From Candidatus Hydrothermarchaeum profundi (GTDB lineage: Archaea; Hydrothermarchaeota; Hydrothermarchaeia; Hydrothermarchaeales; Hydrothermarchaeaceae): DNA of 64,000 nucleotides. The stretch is from positions 808,989-872,988 of the forward strand of contig MTMF02000009.1 of the NCBI GenBank assembly GCA_002011125.2, read 5' to 3'. Positions 59,039-64,000 of the stretch are shown here, in pieces. The position numbers were made by a program, and so were the translations under genes. The notes beneath the pieces are model-generated. The model saw only the letters and a list, made by a program, of their open reading frames with translations, was not told the origin of the DNA and did no database searches. The stretch's first letter is position 1. The number at the start of each line of letters is the position of its first letter.

Positions 59039-59704
59039 GTGAGTATGAACCTTTTGGATTTTTCTTGGACGGAGATTGAGGAGTATTTAAAATATAAAAC
59101 TGCGATTTTTTTGCCAATAGGATCTGTAGAAGAGCACGGTTATCATCTGCCCTTATCGACAGATGGCGATATTGCACTAGCAGTTTGCAATACTCTAAGC
59201 CAGAAAACAGGCATACTGGTAGCTCCCATAATTTGGTATGGTTATTCTAATTCCACTAGAGGTTATCCAGGCACGATAATGGTAGGAATTCAGGAGCTGA
59301 AAAATTATATTTTTGGAGTACTCCTCGGGCTAAAGGAGAGCGGTTTTAAGACGGTTTATATAGTTTCAGGGCATTATAGCAATGAGCACATCACGGCGTT
59401 AGTTGAAGCAGGAAAAAATATCAGAGGTATCAGGGTTAAGCTACTCGATTTTTCTAAAATCGATTTTTCTGATATATTAGAAACCAAGCCAATGCATGCT
59501 TGCGAGGCAGAGACTTCTTTGATGTTATACCTATTCCCTCAGAAGGTTAAATTAGAAAAGGCAGTAAATGAGGATATAGCTTTTGAGGGGGATAAGCTGA
59601 AAAAAACGAAAAGCGGGGTTTTTGGAACCCCTACTAAGGCTTCAAAAGAAAAAGGGAAACTTCTCTTTGAACGAATAATTGGAGAGCTGGAGAAGCTTTT
59701 ATGA
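59039..59704 (+). CDS. Creatininase family amidohydrolase
   Basis: PIGSVEEHGYHLP..TD, YPGT, SGH, HACEAETS. Confidence 0.9.
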   Translation: MSMNLLDFSWTEIEEYLKYKTAIFLPIGSVEEHGYHLPLSTDGDIALAVCNTLSQKTGILVAPIIWYGYSNSTRGYPGTIMVGIQELKNYIFGVLLGLKESGFKTVYIVSGHYSNEHITALVEAGKNIRGIRVKLLDFSKIDFSDILETKPMHACEAETSLMLYLFPQKVKLEKAVNEDIAFEGDKLKKTKSGVFGTPTKASKEKGKLLFERIIGELEKLL

Positions 59705-60852
59705 GGAATTTGAATTTTGTAATGGCGTGTTTTTTAACATTCATAACATATGTAGGGATTTTCATGAGGATCCCTATAATCCCTCTTTATGCGAAGTCTA
59801 TAGGAGCATCAACGATGGAGGTGGGGTTAATTGCCTTTTCGTTTATGATCATCGCTTCGTCTCTGGCTATCCCTCTAGGTTCTCTCTCTGATAACCTAGG
59901 TAGAAGGCGTTTAATCTCAATAGGCGTTATCTTAACTGCGGCAGCCTCGTTCCTCTTACCTTTAACTAATACCCCTCTTCAAATCATGATAATTTATGGA
60001 TTAGCCGGACTAGGTGCATCTTCCTTTGCACCGGCAATGGCATCCTTTGTAGGGGATATAACTTCAATGCAACGTATGGGGCGATCGTATGGGTGGTATA
60101 CAGCTTCGATGCAACTTGGCATGGCCTCCGGCCCTAGTATTGGAGGATTTATCGCTGGATATGCAGGGTATAAGGCTGTATTCTTATTCTCCGGATTAAT
60201 CGCATTATTAGGGTTAATCGTTGTTACCAGATTACCTAAGTTATCGGTTCAGAGCAGTGTTTATAATTTACATCAAATTAGTAGAGGTATTCTCGAGCTA
60301 AGTAAAAACAGTAAAATAATTGCTGCATGGCTTGCTACTTTCTTTGTAGCATTTGCCTTTGGAGTATTTCAACCTTTTTTTCCTTTATATGCGAAAGATA
60401 TAGGGATCACCGAGTTCTTTATCGGTATAATATTCGGGGTTAATGCGGTCTTTAGTGCTTTTGGTAGAATTCCAGCAGGCTATTTATCTGATAAGATAGG
60501 TAGAAGGTATCCATTTATCCTAGCTGGGATGATAATTTTTGCGTTCTGCATTTCTATTATTGGTTTGCTGGAAACTATATATCCTATACTGGTTACAGTA
60601 GGCATAGCCGGGCTAGCTATGGGGGTTACAACAATGGCTGTTACTACTTCTCTCGCAGTGACCGCAGAGAAGGAAAATAGAGGCATCGCTCTCGGGGGAT
60701 TCAGCACCTCGCTGTATGGGGGATTCGCACTAAGTGGTATCATAGGTGGGAAAATAATATCAAGCTATGGCTTCACCACGGGTTTTGCTACCGCTGGCAT
60801 AGTTTGCGGAGTAGGAGCGGTAATTTTCTATATAATAAGATACTTGACATAA
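59701..60852 (+). CDS. MFS transporter
   Basis: GSLSDNLGRR and GYLSDKIGRR motif-A repeats; about 12 TM segments. Confidence 0.93.
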   Translation: MRNLNFVMACFLTFITYVGIFMRIPIIPLYAKSIGASTMEVGLIAFSFMIIASSLAIPLGSLSDNLGRRRLISIGVILTAAASFLLPLTNTPLQIMIIYGLAGLGASSFAPAMASFVGDITSMQRMGRSYGWYTASMQLGMASGPSIGGFIAGYAGYKAVFLFSGLIALLGLIVVTRLPKLSVQSSVYNLHQISRGILELSKNSKIIAAWLATFFVAFAFGVFQPFFPLYAKDIGITEFFIGIIFGVNAVFSAFGRIPAGYLSDKIGRRYPFILAGMIIFAFCISIIGLLETIYPILVTVGIAGLAMGVTTMAVTTSLAVTAEKENRGIALGGFSTSLYGGFALSGIIGGKIISSYGFTTGFATAGIVCGVGAVIFYIIRYLT

Positions 60853-60906
60853 CAAATCTTATATTCTATCTTTACATATTTTCTATAAAACTGGGGGATT
60901 CTAAAT

Positions 60907-61209
60907 ATGGAGTCTTTAAAAAAGCTCGGACTATTGGGTATTGGTCTTGCAGCTCTAACGCAAGAAAAGCTTCAAGAGTTGATAAAAGAACTAGAAGAAA
61001 AAGGAGAGTTAACTAAAGAGGAAGGTAAAAAGATTGCAGAGGAAGCTATAGCAGAAAGAGAGAAGAAAGCACAGGAAATACAAAAAAAGGTAGCAGCTGA
61101 AGTGACAAAAGCTTTAGAAAAGTTAGATGTAGCGACTAAGAAAGACTTGGAGAAATTGAACAGAAGGATAGCTAAGCTTGAAAAAGCTCTTGAAAAATTA
61201 TCAAAGTGA
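60907..61209 (+). CDS. Phasin/PhaF-like coiled-coil protein
   Basis: LLGIGLAALT.EK....EL.EKGELT.EEGK, ATKKDL..L..RI..LE. Confidence 0.8.
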   Translation: MESLKKLGLLGIGLAALTQEKLQELIKELEEKGELTKEEGKKIAEEAIAEREKKAQEIQKKVAAEVTKALEKLDVATKKDLEKLNRRIAKLEKALEKLSK

Positions 61210-61210
61210 T

Positions 61211-62878
61211 ATGCGAATTGGTTTGCTGAGGAGATATGAAGAGATACAGAGGCTCCATCAGATAGTGGATGTCCTGATAAAACACGGTCTGGGTTATCTC
61301 GCAAAAAGGATAGAGCTACATTCACTTATACCCTTCAGGAAAAGAATTTTTGGGCCGAAACAGGTAGAAGTCGAGCCGTTGCCAGTTACGGCTAGAAAAA
61401 TACTAGAAGAGTTAGGTCCAACCTTCATTAAATTTGGGCAAATTTTAAGCAGTAGACCAGACCTTATACCTAGAGAATATGTGGTCGAATTTAGCAAACT
61501 TTTGGACAGGGTACCCCCTTTCAGTTATGAAGAGGTAGAGAAACAGATAGAAAATGAACTCGGCGCCCCTATAAGCGAGTTATTTGATTTCTTTGATAAA
61601 AAACCCTTTGCGTCGGCCTCAATAGGACAAGTACATGTAGCATGTTTAAAGACTGGAGAAAAAGTTGTAGTAAAAATACAACGTCCCGGAATAGAGGATA
61701 TCATAGAGTCGGATATTAATGTCCTTTATACTCTGGCGAAACTAGTTGAAAGACATCTGCCAGAAACGAGGCCATATGATCCTACTGGCATAGTAAGGGA
61801 ATTCGCAAAAACCATCCGGAAGGAGTTAGATTACACACGTGAAGCAAGAAATGCAGAGAAATTTCAAAGGAATTTTAAAGAAATAGAATACATACGAATT
61901 CCGAAAGTTTATAGGGAGTATACTAGCAGAAGGGTCCTAACCCTTGAGTATCTAGAAGGGATAAAATTAGGAGACATTGAAGAGTTAGAGCGTAGGGGCT
62001 ATGATAGAAAAAGGATAGCAGAAAATCTTGCAAAATCGTTTTTAAAGCAGGTTTATGTTGACGGATTCTTCCAGGGAGATCCCCACCCGGCGAATATACT
62101 GGTACTCGAAGATGAGTCCTTAGGGTTCATTGATTTTGGGATGATAGGGAGGCTGGATAAAGACTTAATGAACAAACTTGCTGATATATTCATAGCTGTA
62201 GTTAGAAAGGATATAGATAAGGTAGTTAAGGGATATTTGGAGATTGGCATAATAGACGTTAGCACAGATATACAAGATTTCAAGTTAGATGCGCAAGAAC
62301 TCATAGAACATTATTATGGAGTTCCTATTAAGGAAATAGACACGACAGCTCTGATGAAGGAAATCATGGATATGGCGATGGAGTATCGGATTAGAATACC
62401 CTCTAATTTTTCACTATTTATAAAAAGTCTTGCTACTGTAGAGTCGGTTGCCAGACAACTTGACCCCGAGTTTAACCTTTCAGTAGTGGCTGAACCATTC
62501 GTAAAAGAGATGGTAAAAAGTAGGATTCATCCAAAAGTCATTGCGTCTGAATTTCTTAAAAGCGTTTCGGAGCTTGGCGAGAGTGCAATCACTATCCCTA
62601 AGAAAGTGGAACGCGTTCTTGAAAAGGTAGAGAAAGATCAGCTCGTATTAGAGCATAGAGGATTTGACAGATTTATTTCTGAGTTAAATGCAACAGGCAA
62701 TAGGATATCTTTAGCTCTCATAGTTTCGGCCATAATTGTTTCATCAGCGCTAATAATGCAGACCGGTAAGGGCCCATTATTCTTAGGTCTTCCATTTTTT
62801 AGTCTCTTAGGCTTTACTATCGCAGGAATACTTGGGGCAATATTAGTTATAACGATTGTTCGCTCTGGAAGATTATGA
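61211..62878 (+). CDS. UbiB/AarF/ABC1 atypical kinase with C-terminal TMs (start corrected to 61211)
   Basis: LGPTFIKFGQ, ASASIGQVH, VKIQRP, GDPHPAN, IDFGM. Confidence 0.93.
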   Translation: MRIGLLRRYEEIQRLHQIVDVLIKHGLGYLAKRIELHSLIPFRKRIFGPKQVEVEPLPVTARKILEELGPTFIKFGQILSSRPDLIPREYVVEFSKLLDRVPPFSYEEVEKQIENELGAPISELFDFFDKKPFASASIGQVHVACLKTGEKVVVKIQRPGIEDIIESDINVLYTLAKLVERHLPETRPYDPTGIVREFAKTIRKELDYTREARNAEKFQRNFKEIEYIRIPKVYREYTSRRVLTLEYLEGIKLGDIEELERRGYDRKRIAENLAKSFLKQVYVDGFFQGDPHPANILVLEDESLGFIDFGMIGRLDKDLMNKLADIFIAVVRKDIDKVVKGYLEIGIIDVSTDIQDFKLDAQELIEHYYGVPIKEIDTTALMKEIMDMAMEYRIRIPSNFSLFIKSLATVESVARQLDPEFNLSVVAEPFVKEMVKSRIHPKVIASEFLKSVSELGESAITIPKKVERVLEKVEKDQLVLEHRGFDRFISELNATGNRISLALIVSAIIVSSALIMQTGKGPLFLGLPFFSLLGFTIAGILGAILVITIVRSGRL

Positions 62879-63054
62879 TTTATCTTCTTAGCGCCCCCTT
62901 ATTTAGTATCTTATAACGATATTTCTCTGCAGAGCGCTGAAATTTTTTTTAGTTATGGGGTATTCTTTAAAATAATAAATTTTGGCTAGATATAGTACTT
63001 TAGAGATGAAAAGTGTAAATATGCTGTCACTTTAATATATAAGGGGGTGATATC

Positions 63055-63240
63055 TTGCCAGTAGTTAAGATAGAAATGTGGGAAGGTAGAACAAAAGAGC
63101 AAAAAGCGGAATTAGCAAGGGTAATAACAGAGGCTTTAGTAAGGATAGCAAAAACCTCGCCTGAGCATGTCCACATAATTTTCGAAGATGTAAAAAAGGA
63201 GAATTGGGCTATCGGCGGAGTTCTTTCATCAGATCTCTAG
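63055..63240 (+). CDS. 4-oxalocrotonate tautomerase family protein
   Basis: Catalytic Pro-1 after Met, GRTKEQK, NWAIGG; GGGGGTGA RBS. Confidence 0.92.
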   Translation: MPVVKIEMWEGRTKEQKAELARVITEALVRIAKTSPEHVHIIFEDVKKENWAIGGVLSSDL

Positions 63241-63243
63241 TTT

Positions 63244-63317
63244 GCCCCTGTGGTCCAGTTTGGATAAGACAGGAGCCTCCGGAGCTCCTAACCCGGGTTC
63301 GAATCCCGGCAGGGGCA
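63244..63317 (+). tRNA. tRNA-Arg(CCG), intronless, CCA not encoded
   Basis: Acceptor GCCCCTG/CAGGGGC, anticodon arm GGAGC-CT CCG GA-GCTCC, T arm CCGGG-TTCGAAT-CCCGG. Confidence 0.95.
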
Positions 63318-63766
63318 TTAAACCATAAGTAATAAATATATTTCTAAATTATTGTTTTTTATGATGCCTAGGATACATATCTACGGCTATAGTGGGAGTC
63401 TGAGGGTAGTAGAGGAGGGACTGAAGAAGACCAACCCCGTCCCTAGACGGGACCCAAGTTCAGGTGCTTCCTCGCCAGAAGCTTGGGAGCTGGCTGGGGG
63501 AGGTAGAAAGGGGAGATAAAAACCCGGAAGAATCGGAAGTGAATCTGTATTCAAGAAAAGACTAGAAATGCCATTTGAAGAGGCGGGGAGAGAAGAAAGG
63601 GAAGAAACGGAAGAAATAAAAGAGAAAATAAAAAAAGGATAAGAATGGAGGGGAGGAGATCGAGCTTCCTTCCTATGGAGGCAGGGGAACTCTTCGCAGG
63701 CATATGGTCCAGAAGGGGTATACTGTCCTGGGAAGTAAGAATGAATTACCATGCTAGGGTAATATA

Positions 63767-64000
63767 TTAAGAAAAGGTTTTGATTTTCTCAAATCCTTCC
63801 TGCGGCACTAAATTAGTTGGAATAACCGACCAAACGTAAAAGTAGATGAGCATTATTAACAAAGGCGATATCAGTTTGAACTCTTTGGAGTCTAGAATGT
63901 CTTCAAAGGCTATTAGTGCAAATGGGGAAAGCGGTATCAAATATCTGCTGAGATCAGGGTGAACTACGAAAAGTAGGGGGAGGTAGAGAGAGAAGGTAAT
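63767..64000 (-). CDS. C-terminal end of a membrane protein (possibly GT-C-like), truncated by the window
   Basis: Open frame ITFSLYLPLLFVVHPDLSRYLIPLSPFALIAF...KIKTFS*; hydrophobic, with an RY-x-x-P motif. Confidence 0.6.
   Translation of the reverse strand: MTFSLYLPLLFVVHPDLSRYLIPLSPFALIAFEDILDSKEFKLISPLLIMLIYFYVWSVIPTNLVPQEGFEKIKTFS

Noticed and set aside
63387-63752. 121-aa minus-strand ORF
   Set aside because: Ser/Pro/Phe-rich mirror of a purine-rich plus strand; no motifs.

Overview
This is an archaeal (euryarchaeote-type) chromosomal window, mostly housekeeping genes. The repertoire (Hef, L35Ae, tetraether synthase, DUF515-type pilus locus, methanogenesis-marker-2 homologue, split A-type ATPase operon) suggests an anaerobic, probably thermophilic lineage such as Hydrothermarchaeota; this is inference and not verified. 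Accessory DNA is concentrated at 1-3300 (TcmP-like C-terminus, SPL-like radical SAM, thermonuclease, two small winged-helix-like proteins) and 6300-7150 (BrnT-like toxin, an unannotated 50-aa partner, an AAA-ATPase gene remnant). The strongest candidate for an unusual system is the Tad-like/type IV pilus locus (15.7-27 kb). Its motor is one 1052-aa polypeptide with two complete tandem VirB11/CpaF ATPase modules that differ in the His box and share gene-conversion-like identical DNA blocks. It sits next to an AglB-like glycosyltransferase that lacks the WWDYG motif. A second notable locus is an iron operon (FTR1, feoB, an unannotated Cys-rich microprotein, DtxR::FeoA, DtxR) behind a tandem TTAGG-N4-CCTAA operator. 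One tRNA-Arg(CCG) is present. I saw no CRISPR array, rRNA, integrase or transposase. All family assignments come from motif recognition by eye; no searches were run.
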